This document shows, piece by piece, positions 39,033 to 48,862 of a DNA stretch of 64,000 bases (position 1 is its first letter; every line of letters starts with the position of its first letter). The DNA lies in the IMG/VR virus record IMGVR_UViG_3300029288_000079, positions 64,001 to 128,000 of that record; one strand, written 5' to 3'. The DNA is from a virus (lineage: Duplodnaviria > Caudoviricetes). The notes beneath the pieces were generated by a model, which made no database searches, had not been told where the DNA came from, and saw only the letters and a list, made by a program, of their open reading frames with translations. Position numbers and translations under genes: made by a program.

Positions 39033-40862
39033 TTATTGACGATATTTTGGACGCATAATTCTCGCTTTTTCAGGTGAAATACCTTTTTCACGTAAACGAT
39101 TACCTACTGTTGAGAATAATCCAGAGAAGTCAAACTTTTCATTATTCTCAGATGCCTGTCTAATCATTTGTGGTACAATGCTAGAAACTTTAGCATCAGA
39201 CTTCACTGTAGCATCAACACCTTCAGTCTTTACTTGAGCTTTAGGATCACTAACACCCTCTGCAGGATTTCCAACAATACCTGTTTCAGTGTCTGGAATA
39301 TGAGCTGATTTCAGTGCAGCTTCATTTATGATCGGCAATTCATCAAGAGTTTTACTCTTAACTTCATACTCTTCACTAGAAAGCTTTTGAATCTCACGAG
39401 CCTTACTCAAAATAGATTCTTTTGTAAAAGGAATTGCACCAATTGCAGCATATTTACGAGAAAGTTCAACTGCTTTATAAGCTTTGGCTTTGATCACCTG
39501 AGGATCTTGAGCAGAAAGTTTTCCCGGACCATCTTTTACTTCACCTTTATTTTTGTCTGCAGGATGCTCATCAGCAGGTTTATACTTTATATCCATTTTT
39601 GAAGTATCTTCAGCTGCCTTTTTTTCTTCCTTTTTCTCTTCCTTTTTCTCTTCAGCTTTTTCAGCTTTCTCTTCTTTTTTCTCTTCTTTTTCATCTTCCT
39701 CTAGTTTATCCCAAGCAGTCATTTTCTTAGCATATTCACCCTTACCATAAGCATCTTTATAATAGCGTCTAATAGATGCTTTATCCTTTACTTTTGGTTC
39801 TGCAGCTTCTTTTACAGATGCATAACGACCATTAAGTAATTGGCGTACAACTTCAATACCATCAACAGGTTTCTCATTTGCAGTTTTTATACTCCCCTGT
39901 TCCATAATCTTATTAACAACTTTTTCACCATATTGTGACGAACTAAACTGTCTAAAGCCATTCTCATTCTTTTGACCAAGATTAGATGGTGCGTTTGCAA
40001 AATCTGCTATGATACGTTTTCCTGATAGAGTATCTGTAATATCCCAATAGGAAGCATATTTGTTTTCTGGAACTATTACAAATGATGCATTCACATGTGG
40101 TTTTTCATCACGCGAATAATCTTCCACATTCAATCGGTTATCGACTGCTGGGTTTGGACGAGCATCTTCAAACTTGCGATCTTTTTGGAACTTTCCGGCA
40201 CCATCTGCCCATGCACGATTTTCAACTTCTGCTGGGTTCTTTCCACCAGGAAATTTATCCCCAGTAAACTCAGAACCTGTCGGAGGAACTGCAGTACTAA
40301 ATCTGCGCGAGGCAGTTCGGTCCACAATTCTATTAATACGATCTACATCTTCCAATGTCTCAGCAACATTTTTTAGACTTGAGTTTTGAATTTTACTTGC
40401 GGGATTTTTCAATGCACTTAAGAATGCCCAATGATTCATGGCATCATCAGCATCTTGTATAACTTTTTGAGCCGATACAGCTAAAGTTTGGATAGATCCA
40501 GCATAACGATCATTCTGACGTTTGAAAGAGGCTTTCTTTTCCTCTTCTTCAACTTGACCACAAATACCATCAAGAGAATCAACAACATTTTGCAAATCCG
40601 TTTTAGCTTCCTCTAGAACAGCTTTCGCATCTGCAGGTGTTTTAATTTTCTTTTCTTTTGATTCTTCCTTGTTTCCCTCAGGAAGTTCTTTAGTAGCTTC
40701 ACCAGATTCACCGGGAATTTCTTGATCAATTACATCATTCGGTGCAACTTCACCAAGATCTTCGAGAAAGTCTGCAGCACGTTTTTTAGTTACATTAAGT
40801 TCTGCCGCCATGCTCTTCAGACCACTCTGAAGTGTTGCGGTTGAATAGCGAGAATTAACCAT
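39033..40862 (-). CDS. Prohead scaffold protein
   Basis: Highly charged and helical, EEKK tracts, repeated K/R-x-A(S); upstream of decoration and capsid genes. Confidence 0.7.
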   Translation of the reverse strand: MVNSRYSTATLQSGLKSMAAELNVTKKRAADFLEDLGEVAPNDVIDQEIPGESGEATKELPEGNKEESKEKKIKTPADAKAVLEEAKTDLQNVVDSLDGICGQVEEEEKKASFKRQNDRYAGSIQTLAVSAQKVIQDADDAMNHWAFLSALKNPASKIQNSSLKNVAETLEDVDRINRIVDRTASRRFSTAVPPTGSEFTGDKFPGGKNPAEVENRAWADGAGKFQKDRKFEDARPNPAVDNRLNVEDYSRDEKPHVNASFVIVPENKYASYWDITDTLSGKRIIADFANAPSNLGQKNENGFRQFSSSQYGEKVVNKIMEQGSIKTANEKPVDGIEVVRQLLNGRYASVKEAAEPKVKDKASIRRYYKDAYGKGEYAKKMTAWDKLEEDEKEEKKEEKAEKAEEKKEEKKEEKKAAEDTSKMDIKYKPADEHPADKNKGEVKDGPGKLSAQDPQVIKAKAYKAVELSRKYAAIGAIPFTKESILSKAREIQKLSSEEYEVKSKTLDELPIINEAALKSAHIPDTETGIVGNPAEGVSDPKAQVKTEGVDATVKSDAKVSSIVPQMIRQASENNEKFDFSGLFSTVGNRLREKGISPEKARIMRPKYRQ

Positions 40863-41069
40863 GGTAAAACTCCTTTTATTATATTTGTAGTTTCAAAAAC
40901 TTATGTTCCGATTCTACAGTATATATAGCATTTGGCAGAATAAAAGCAAGAAATTTTACAATAAAAGTAATAAAAGTAGTATTTTGGCTTAAATTTTACA
41001 TATTTAAATCTATATAACTTGATTTTCACACATAAATATGCTAATATACTTAATATTAAGAATTTGTAT

Positions 41070-41924
41070 ATGAGTAAATCATTAAAATTAACAAATAAAA
41101 GATTTGAAAAATTATTGGTAATAAGAAAAGAAGATAGAGATAAATGAGGAAACTTTCGTTGGTTATGCAAGTACAATTGTGGAAGTAATATTAAAGTTAC
41201 GGGGAGTAGACTCATGTCAGGAAATGCCATAAGTTGTGGATGTATAAAACCTAATATAAATTTTTCCATAGGATCTAAGTTTGGACTTTGGACCCTTATT
41301 AAATTAGATCATAAAATAAAATATGGTAATAGTACACAAAAAGTTTTCCTTTGTCAATGTGAGTGTGGTTTAGAAAAATTAGTAAATCAATCTCAATTAT
41401 TAAATAAATTATATAAAGCATCTCCTAGATGTAGAAACTGTGCAAGTAAAAATTTACACAATTTATGTAAATTGAAAGGATTATCTGTTACATCAAAATC
41501 ATATGGTAGTTGGAGAAATATGATTTCTCGTTGTTATAATAAAAATAATAATGCATATAAATATTATGGGGGTAGAGGTATAATAGTTTGTAATAGTTGG
41601 AGAAAAAGTTTTTTAAATTTTTATAATGACATGGGTGAACGACCCCTAAATTTAACTTTAGACCGTATTAAGTCAAACGGTAATTACAAACTTTCTAATT
41701 GTAAATGGTCTACTAGAAGAGAGCAAATAATAAATCGCAGCATGACAATTCATGACGAGTTTAGTAATCTAAATATGTCTAATCAGAGAAAAAAGCAAAA
41801 ACGTTGGGAAAGAGATAAGAGATGTACTTGCTGTGGAAAAATTAGATATGATACTTTATTATGTAAAAAATGTAAAAATAAACAAAAACAATATAGACAT
41901 AACTATTACATTAAAAATTTATAG
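41070..41924 (+). pseudogene. HNH-type homing endonuclease with an in-frame TGA at 41145 (41214..41924 still open)
   Basis: M..RC.N..Y..YGGRGI.VC..W..F..F..DMG.RP..TLDRI..GNY..NC.W; upstream in-frame MSKSLKLTNKRFEKLLVI...DK*GNFRWLC matches the usual N-terminal repeat. Confidence 0.75.
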
Positions 41925-41928
41925 GCAA

Positions 41929-41958
41929 TAAAAAAGACGCTTTTCAGCGTCTTTCTTT
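41929..41958. terminator. Bidirectional terminator between convergent genes
   Basis: AAAAAAGACGCT-tttc-AGCGTCTTTCTTT. Confidence 0.75.
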
Positions 41959-41991
41959 ACATATACAATTATTATAGGTATTTTAATTTAA

Positions 41992-42810
41992 TTATTTAGG
42001 TTGTAGAACCCCGCAATCTGGACAAAATTTATGAGATTTCTTAAGTATTTTACCACATTCTACACAAAATATTTCATTCTCTCCCAATAAAAAATTCTTA
42101 TTAGATCTAGATTTATTATCTACAAGTTTTAATGGAGAAATTAATCTCAATTTGAATTCAAGCACATCGTCTTCAAGTTCTCCTATAGTAGTAAAACTAA
42201 AGGCTTGATTAGACTCTGATCCTTTAACAGTAGCACCTAGTTGTGAAGGATCTATAGAGGATTTTAAAGAATCTGAATTATTAGTTAATGTAATACTAGA
42301 ATTTGAAAAACACGTAGATATAATCTGATGATTAGGTATTGGGTCCCCTGTATTATTATAAGGCCATACAAATGGATTTACTTTAGGTCTTATCCATATA
42401 GGCTGATAAGGCCATACTGTTATTGGAATAACATTTTTTTCAAATTGTACTGTTATTACAATATTTCCATTCTGGGAATCCCCCGGATCTTCAACACCTG
42501 CATCATTTAATGATACAAATTTAAAATGCTTACCTTTCAGTAAATCCTCTCCTATAAGAAATCTTTCAAGATCCAATTTACTATCAGCCATTAAAACAAT
42601 ATTCGCTGCATCTTTACCATCAATTTTAATGCCTACGATAGCACGTTTGCCTCGATGTTTGTTTTGCAAAGATATGAAATATTCGGAATCGAAGGGGAGT
42701 GTAACCACTCCTCCATGTTCCTGTAATGGATTGCGTTTTGCGTCTTTAATGCAGACACAGAAGTTGTTCTTGTACATATTAAGTCTCCTTTGAATATTTT
42801 TAGACCTCAA
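41992..42810 (-). CDS. Conserved-looking phage protein with C-terminal zinc ribbon (start probably 42777)
   Basis: LPFDSEY.I.L.N..RA.V.I.IDG; FCVECG...FCPDCG; AAGGAG SD before MYKNNF. Confidence 0.75.
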   Translation of the reverse strand: MRSKNIQRRLNMYKNNFCVCIKDAKRNPLQEHGGVVTLPFDSEYFISLQNKHRGKRAIVGIKIDGKDAANIVLMADSKLDLERFLIGEDLLKGKHFKFVSLNDAGVEDPGDSQNGNIVITVQFEKNVIPITVWPYQPIWIRPKVNPFVWPYNNTGDPIPNHQIISTCFSNSSITLTNNSDSLKSSIDPSQLGATVKGSESNQAFSFTTIGELEDDVLEFKLRLISPLKLVDNKSRSNKNFLLGENEIFCVECGKILKKSHKFCPDCGVLQPK

Positions 42811-42876
42811 CCAAGGGTCTGATTTAAAGTTGTTGTAACCTATTTTTAGATCCGGGTCAGGATCGGTTGGAAACTT

Positions 42877-45249
42877 TTACATCTGATTATCTAAAAATTC
42901 TTTTTCGTCTTCTTTTAAATCTCCAATAAATATATGTTCATATTCATAAGGACCTTTACCTATAGCTTTTTCTACATATAAAACAGCTCCTATTAAACTA
43001 TCAAACCCCATACCTCTATCTAATGACCCATCACCAAGCATCTCATTTGCTTTTTGTAATAATGCCTCTATAGATTCATATCCTGTTAATGATTTTGTAG
43101 GATATGCACCCTTTCCTCCACCCCATAAATATCCCAATACAAGTCCTTCTGCATTATATTCTACTTTAGGTATATCCCATGATTGTTTAAACTGTACAAT
43201 TTTAAAATCACCAATAGTATAAACCCAAGCTTCATCTAATATGTAAACTATTGAATCAGAATTATTCATGTAATCATGCCACATTTCACCAGGTAATATT
43301 TTAGCTGTAACAACACCCTTCACACATGTAGTTGAATTTACATTATTGTCTGAATTATACATCCCACGTCTTAAATGTGGATGCATATTAGTATTTATAA
43401 CTTTTACGGGACCAACATAGGCTTCTATAGTATCTCCTACTTCAGGTCCTTCAGGAGATATATCCCAACTTAATTTATTACTTGAATTTTCTTTTATAAT
43501 AGCTTCAATTAATTCTACAGCTTTATATGTAATTCCACTTATGTTCCATTCATTAATGTCTTCTAATGCAATACCACTCTCACCTAAATAACCCTTTCCA
43601 ATTTCCCAATCATGAATACAAGCTACGACAGTAATAAATTCATCTTCTGGATCTTCAATATGAACTTCCCATTCTACTGTCTCTTCCATATAAGGTTCCC
43701 AAGTAGGCCTACCAAATATTCTAAGCATTGTATTATAATCGCATACTATTCCCCCTACTTTATGCATACCACTAGGATTACTAATTTCATCCGGAGCTAC
43801 TGTTTTAAATTTTATCTTATCTTTTGGCAAATCCCAACTAAATTTTAAACTGGATTCTGCAGATAAATATTGTAACATTTTATTAATCTTATTTACTTTT
43901 TCAGTATTTCCCTCAGCTTTAGCTTTATTTAGGTCATCTAAATATTCATCTATTAATTCTTTACGATTTTGTTCTACATTTTCTTTAGAAAGATTACTAT
44001 CAAATTTTAAATCATTAGAATTAAGATTTGATTCTTCTTTAGGGGCATCTGTATTTTTTAATACATTTTTAAATGGATTATTCTTCTTTAAAATTCCAGA
44101 TTTCTCTACTTTTTTTGCTTCATAAATAATATTTTCAATCCCTTTCCAATAAACAGAATTAGTTTCTGGAAGGCCTACAAATTTTACTTTTTCTATTAAT
44201 TTAGAGGGATCAGGATCCCAGCAGTATCCCAAATTACCTCCCATAGGTCCTATTTTTTCACCATTACAGTATGCTTTATAACAATCCATAGCTTTTTCTA
44301 TAGATCCATTACCCCAAACAATATCAAAATCATTATACTTGGGATTTATTTTTGTAAGAGAGAATTCAAACCCTACAATTGGTAAACAAACTCCATACCC
44401 ATTTTTTTTAAAATTTCCAATACCTTTAACTAGCCATCCTGCATAACTAAGATGACTCTCATCACTAGGTTTAAAATTCTTAAAATCATAATCCCCAAAC
44501 ATATTCAATATGTCATTATTATCCCAAGCCTTCTTTTTAAATAATTCAGATATCACCATTTCATTAGTCTTAATTATTAAGGGATCATCATCCAAACTTA
44601 TTTCTCTGAATTCGTCATCTGAAGATAATTTTTCTCCATTTTCATATATTAAAGTTAATGGCCAAGACTCGTCTGAAAACCCACAACCACTCCAGATCCA
44701 ATTGTTAAATCTGCAATCAATAATATCTCTCCATTTAGCATCACCATATATTACTTCTGGACCAAATGAAAACATCATACCTATGTGCAAATAAATATTA
44801 TCAGCATCTATTTTACTAGATTTCCAAACTTGATAAGGTTTACATAAAGATTTAAAATCCTCAAAATTAGAAGCTATAACTTGCATAGATATATCCCAAG
44901 ATTTCTTCTCATCCTCAATAATACCTACATATTCCAAAAGATTAAAATCCTTAGGACTAAATAAACATCTTGTAAGTTGACCACCATCTATAATCTTTCT
45001 ATTAGCTTTAGGATTTAGTTTTAACCATTCAAATTTTTCTTTAGCCATATCAGGACTATCTGACCACATAGACCAAACTCGAACATCACCATTTTCAGAT
45101 GTTACTAAAGATATAACTCCATACTTATAACCCATACCCGTCCTAACAGTTGTATCATCTACCAACCATCCTATATAGCTATCAGGATCATAATCAACAG
45201 GTAACGCTGGTCCTATATCCCAACTCAATATGTTATTTTGCACTTGCAT
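42877..45249 (-). CDS. SWDI-linked modular polyprotein (790 aa)
   Basis: ILSWDI, KKSWDI, KKAWDN, KFSWDL, KLSWDI, KQSWDI delimit separate modules. Confidence 0.75.
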   Translation of the reverse strand: MQVQNNILSWDIGPALPVDYDPDSYIGWLVDDTTVRTGMGYKYGVISLVTSENGDVRVWSMWSDSPDMAKEKFEWLKLNPKANRKIIDGGQLTRCLFSPKDFNLLEYVGIIEDEKKSWDISMQVIASNFEDFKSLCKPYQVWKSSKIDADNIYLHIGMMFSFGPEVIYGDAKWRDIIDCRFNNWIWSGCGFSDESWPLTLIYENGEKLSSDDEFREISLDDDPLIIKTNEMVISELFKKKAWDNNDILNMFGDYDFKNFKPSDESHLSYAGWLVKGIGNFKKNGYGVCLPIVGFEFSLTKINPKYNDFDIVWGNGSIEKAMDCYKAYCNGEKIGPMGGNLGYCWDPDPSKLIEKVKFVGLPETNSVYWKGIENIIYEAKKVEKSGILKKNNPFKNVLKNTDAPKEESNLNSNDLKFDSNLSKENVEQNRKELIDEYLDDLNKAKAEGNTEKVNKINKMLQYLSAESSLKFSWDLPKDKIKFKTVAPDEISNPSGMHKVGGIVCDYNTMLRIFGRPTWEPYMEETVEWEVHIEDPEDEFITVVACIHDWEIGKGYLGESGIALEDINEWNISGITYKAVELIEAIIKENSSNKLSWDISPEGPEVGDTIEAYVGPVKVINTNMHPHLRRGMYNSDNNVNSTTCVKGVVTAKILPGEMWHDYMNNSDSIVYILDEAWVYTIGDFKIVQFKQSWDIPKVEYNAEGLVLGYLWGGGKGAYPTKSLTGYESIEALLQKANEMLGDGSLDRGMGFDSLIGAVLYVEKAIGKGPYEYEHIFIGDLKEDEKEFLDNQM

Positions 45250-46186
45250 ATAGCTCTAACTTCGTCTGCCAAACACCTTGAGGAATTAATTCACGCCATT
45301 CATGACCCTGCTTAGCAATCTTCTGAAATTCAATCTCATCATTACCTTTCATTATTCGAATACCTGCATGAGTAACACATTCCCTACCCTCTAGTCTATA
45401 ATCACCTTTTTGATCTATTAACCAAGTAGTAGGTTCAATGGAAGTTGTAGTGCTAAGAGCTGGCTGAGGTTGATTTTTTTGATTATACTCTTTTTCATGA
45501 TTAAACTCACCAAAAGCCCAATCTTCAAATACTAAAGGTTCCTCATTACTAAGATGTTCTCTATCCATATATGTATGATATTCCTGTAAGAATTCTTGAT
45601 CTTTTGATTTTGCAGCAAGCCATGTTTTGAATTCCGGATTACTCTCATAAAAAGCCTTACGTTCAGAAGCACTTTTTTCAGAAATTTTCTTTTCAGGTTC
45701 TGTAGGTTCTATAGGCTGAACTTCAGGAGATATAGGAGCAGACACCTGACCTTGCTGGACACCTTGCTGGACACCTTGTCCAGGTAAAGGTGTAGTAATA
45801 TCTATCTGTAAAGATCCATCAGGCTTTGTCTTTACACTTGTATCAGCTTTTTTAGTTAAAAAAGTATATCTCCAATCAGGAATATTTGATGCTTTCTGAA
45901 AGAATCTACTAGCTGATCTACTACGTAAGCTTTCAAAGCGTTCCCGCCTTGTCTTCCCATCCATTAGGGGTGAGTTCTTATCCACAGAAATCTCCTTTTT
46001 AGAGTCAGACCTTTGCAATCCATTACCTTCTTTCCAGGCTGACTGTTCTTTATTTACAGGATTTCCAGAGCTAGGAAACTTGTCTCCTGTAAATGTTGCA
46101 TTATTTGGGATCTGTTTTCCATCAGGTATTTTATATACCCCAGGTTTTTGATCTTCCTTAGTTGAGAATATTTTTCTCCAGTTCAT
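45233..46186 (-). CDS. Head-associated protein sharing a motif with the scaffold
   Basis: FTGDKFP..NP...AW..G.G motif also in 39033..40862; N-terminal NWRKIF. Confidence 0.6.
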   Translation of the reverse strand: MNWRKIFSTKEDQKPGVYKIPDGKQIPNNATFTGDKFPSSGNPVNKEQSAWKEGNGLQRSDSKKEISVDKNSPLMDGKTRRERFESLRSRSASRFFQKASNIPDWRYTFLTKKADTSVKTKPDGSLQIDITTPLPGQGVQQGVQQGQVSAPISPEVQPIEPTEPEKKISEKSASERKAFYESNPEFKTWLAAKSKDQEFLQEYHTYMDREHLSNEEPLVFEDWAFGEFNHEKEYNQKNQPQPALSTTTSIEPTTWLIDQKGDYRLEGRECVTHAGIRIMKGNDEIEFQKIAKQGHEWRELIPQGVWQTKLELYASAK

Positions 46187-46201
46187 TTTGAATCTCCTTA
46201 T

Positions 46202-48196
46202 TTATATTTTAATTATTGCTTCTTTTGCCTTACTTACAGGTATTGATATTACTTTCGGAGTAGCATTTGTGTAATTCACATCTTTATGTATAATTGATAT
46301 TACAATCTCTCCATCCTCCCAAACCTTAGGCCAACCAGGATGCTTTTCATAATCAGTTCTAATTATTTCTAATATTCTTTTATCACTATTATAAAAATCT
46401 TTGTTGCCTACATTATCACAATACCAACTGAATACTATCCAACTTTTTATTTTAACCTTATCTCCCACCTCAAATTCATCTATTTCTGGTATATCCCATG
46501 AATTAATTAAAGGTGAATCCTTTACAAATATTAAAGGAAAATCAGTCTCTCCAAAATTGTATATACCTTTAACATTCCAACTAATAGGATATGTTATTTT
46601 TGGTTCATCATAAAACCACATAATAGAATAAATAAAAACTGTATTGAAATTCGATATCTCATATCTATATGCATTACCTAGTATAAAATAAAAATATTTA
46701 GCCTTTATACTATCAAAAGTTTTCCATACCTGTCTTGGGCCAGCTATACTTATAAAATCTTCTATTGTATCTGCTTGATAACCTGAATTTAATATAGGTT
46801 TAATATCCCATTCTTCAGAAAATCTCAAACTACTAGTAGTTTCTTGTGTATATTCCCATATATCTTCTTGAGCTTTAGCTAGTAAACTATCAAAATCAAT
46901 ATTCTTATTAGTTCGTTTAGCAGCTTGTCTTGCATATTTTATAGCATTAGCAGCAAAAAAAGCAGCAGCATTATCAGAAAAAAAAGCAGCAGCATTATCA
47001 GCATAATAAGCAGTAGCATAAGCAGCATAATAAGCAGTAGCATTAGCAGCATAAGCAGCAGTAGCAGCATAACCAGCAGCAGCATTAGCAGCAGAATAAG
47101 CAGAATAAACTTTATCTCTATTTTCTTTACTAGGATTCTTAAAACAAGTTTTTGCTGCTTCTATACATTTTCTAACTCTATCATCATTAGGATATTGCTC
47201 TTCATAAATACTTAATACAGCTTCTGCACAGTATATAGCATAAAGTAAATTTACTTTTTTAGGATCTACTTCTATAGGTTTAATGTCCCAGGATATCAAG
47301 TCCTTTTGAAAAATATCCTGCACCTGCCATTTATCGGGTGGACCGATACCACCAAATATCCACACTACAGCTTCTTTATTAAGAATATTGTTTTGTAATA
47401 ATTCAAATATGCAATCCACAAATTGTTGATTGTCTTGTATATCTTGAATAGCTACTTCATTTTTATTATGACTAACTCTTCCCAACATACTAACATGGTA
47501 TACCTCGGGACCTATACTTTCTCTAAGATCTGAATGAGTTTGTTTTGAGTCTCCTATTATAAGCTTACCATTATTATATAAAAAAGGTCGTCCTGCGCCA
47601 GTCTCAACATCGAATCCAGAATAGCTTGAAACTTTTCTATGTCTTTTATATCTATCTTTCACTTGTATATTAGGATCATATCCATCATGGTCTACTAAAC
47701 CTCTTCTTACATAATCCTCATCACAATCAGTATGATAAAATACTGTATCTATTTTTTCACCATTTAGATATACATCCCAAGTACCTGAATGCTCAGGTTT
47801 CTTAGGCTCTATATCCCATGATCTCTTTTTGGGACCACTAAAATTTAAATAATCTTTCGCAGATTCTATTATATCTTTTGAAACATTATCTATACTTCCT
47901 ATATGTGTACCTAAATAAATTGCCTTAGAAAAGGTTTTATTTTGTTCTGAAATATTTTTATTAGCATAAGTAGAGCTAAATCCTTTCCAGTTACCATTAT
48001 AACCACAATAAATGTAATCTCCTAATAATTTATTATCAATATGTTTAAAATTTCCTAATATATATAAATTATTTGCTACATTTTCATATAAGTAAACATC
48101 ATCATCTTTTATAGAATTTACAAACTCTTCAAAAGAGTCTATCCATGATATATCAGGAATATCCCAACTTAAAGATTTAATTTCTATAGGTTCCAT
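46202..48196 (-). CDS. SWDI-linked modular polyprotein (664 aa)
   Basis: SLSWDI, KRSWDI, LISWDI, EEWDI, INSWDI linkers; includes an Imm5-like module. Confidence 0.75.
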   Translation of the reverse strand: MEPIEIKSLSWDIPDISWIDSFEEFVNSIKDDDVYLYENVANNLYILGNFKHIDNKLLGDYIYCGYNGNWKGFSSTYANKNISEQNKTFSKAIYLGTHIGSIDNVSKDIIESAKDYLNFSGPKKRSWDIEPKKPEHSGTWDVYLNGEKIDTVFYHTDCDEDYVRRGLVDHDGYDPNIQVKDRYKRHRKVSSYSGFDVETGAGRPFLYNNGKLIIGDSKQTHSDLRESIGPEVYHVSMLGRVSHNKNEVAIQDIQDNQQFVDCIFELLQNNILNKEAVVWIFGGIGPPDKWQVQDIFQKDLISWDIKPIEVDPKKVNLLYAIYCAEAVLSIYEEQYPNDDRVRKCIEAAKTCFKNPSKENRDKVYSAYSAANAAAGYAATAAYAANATAYYAAYATAYYADNAAAFFSDNAAAFFAANAIKYARQAAKRTNKNIDFDSLLAKAQEDIWEYTQETTSSLRFSEEWDIKPILNSGYQADTIEDFISIAGPRQVWKTFDSIKAKYFYFILGNAYRYEISNFNTVFIYSIMWFYDEPKITYPISWNVKGIYNFGETDFPLIFVKDSPLINSWDIPEIDEFEVGDKVKIKSWIVFSWYCDNVGNKDFYNSDKRILEIIRTDYEKHPGWPKVWEDGEIVISIIHKDVNYTNATPKVISIPVSKAKEAIIKI
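46808..47293. repeat. 486-bp module duplication, copy A
   Basis: Appears identical to 62660..63145 (offset 15852). Confidence 0.9.
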
Positions 48197-48230
48197 ACAG
48201 TATATTTAGCCAATTTCTATATAAAAACAA

Positions 48231-48458
48231 CTATTTGTCTATATCTTCTCTAGTCACATGGAGCCACTTCGCTACTATATCAAAACTATCTATGCCAATA
48301 TCAAATCCATCTTTACAATAGTCATATTCTGCACCAGGTTCATACTTTAGAAAGAACTCATCCTTGTGGACACAGATACAATTATCACATTGAAACCAAC
48401 CATCAGGCACATATATCCACGTGGCCATTTTACCACAACTACAGAGTTCTTTTTCCAT
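48231..48458 (-). CDS. Small Cys-rich protein
   Basis: CSCGK.A.W...CDNC. Confidence 0.6.
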   Translation of the reverse strand: MEKELCSCGKMATWIYVPDGWFQCDNCICVHKDEFFLKYEPGAEYDYCKDGFDIGIDSFDIVAKWLHVTREDIDK

Positions 48459-48478
48459 TTAACTAACTTTATCCATTT

Positions 48479-48526
48479 AAATAATATCCTATTCGAATTC
48501 AAATAATATCCTATTCGAATTCAAAT
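48479..48526. repeat. 22-bp tandem duplication over a stop codon
   Basis: AAATAATATCCTATTCGAATTC x2. Confidence 0.8.
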
Positions 48527-48855
48527 TCTAATCCATTAGATTCTATACCATGAGCTTCTGCAGGAGGTAATGTCAAAACTTCTGCAGATCCTGGGTACTT
48601 CATATTTAAACGTTTAGCTAATTTTTGTACAGTCTCGGTATCATTTAGAGGCCATAATAATAAACTCTTGTCATCGTAATCAAATCTTAAATCTTCCCAC
48701 TGTAAACTACAAAACCTTTTAAGATTCTGAGGTAAGGCGGAAGCTTTTAAAGATACATAATCTACAGGAGTTTCTAGATCACCTTGATGTGTTAATATAA
48801 GAATTCTACGCCAATTAGTTCCAAATTCTAATCCATTTTCCTGTTCTTGCCCCAT
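48511..48855 (-). CDS. Hypothetical protein with NGLEF at both ends
   Basis: AGGTGA SD. Confidence 0.65.
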   Translation of the reverse strand: MGQEQENGLEFGTNWRRILILTHQGDLETPVDYVSLKASALPQNLKRFCSLQWEDLRFDYDDKSLLLWPLNDTETVQKLAKRLNMKYPGSAEVLTLPPAEAHGIESNGLEFEFE

Positions 48856-48862
48856 ATATCAC

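Noticed and set aside
41145-41147. TGA recoding (alternative genetic code)
   Set aside because: Single case in a degenerate mobile gene; TGA ends genes at 2657, 25711 and 56051, and core genes are intact in code 11
40901-41269. Minus-strand 122-aa ORF
   Set aside because: Antisense to the HNH pseudogene and AT-rich intergenic DNA; low-complexity composition
46925-47215. Plus-strand Ser-rich ORF (also 62777..63067)
   Set aside because: Antisense reading of the GCT-rich tract
48479-48526. 22-bp tandem repeat as an att site or target-site duplication
   Set aside because: Copies are adjacent with nothing between them; simple slippage duplication is sufficient
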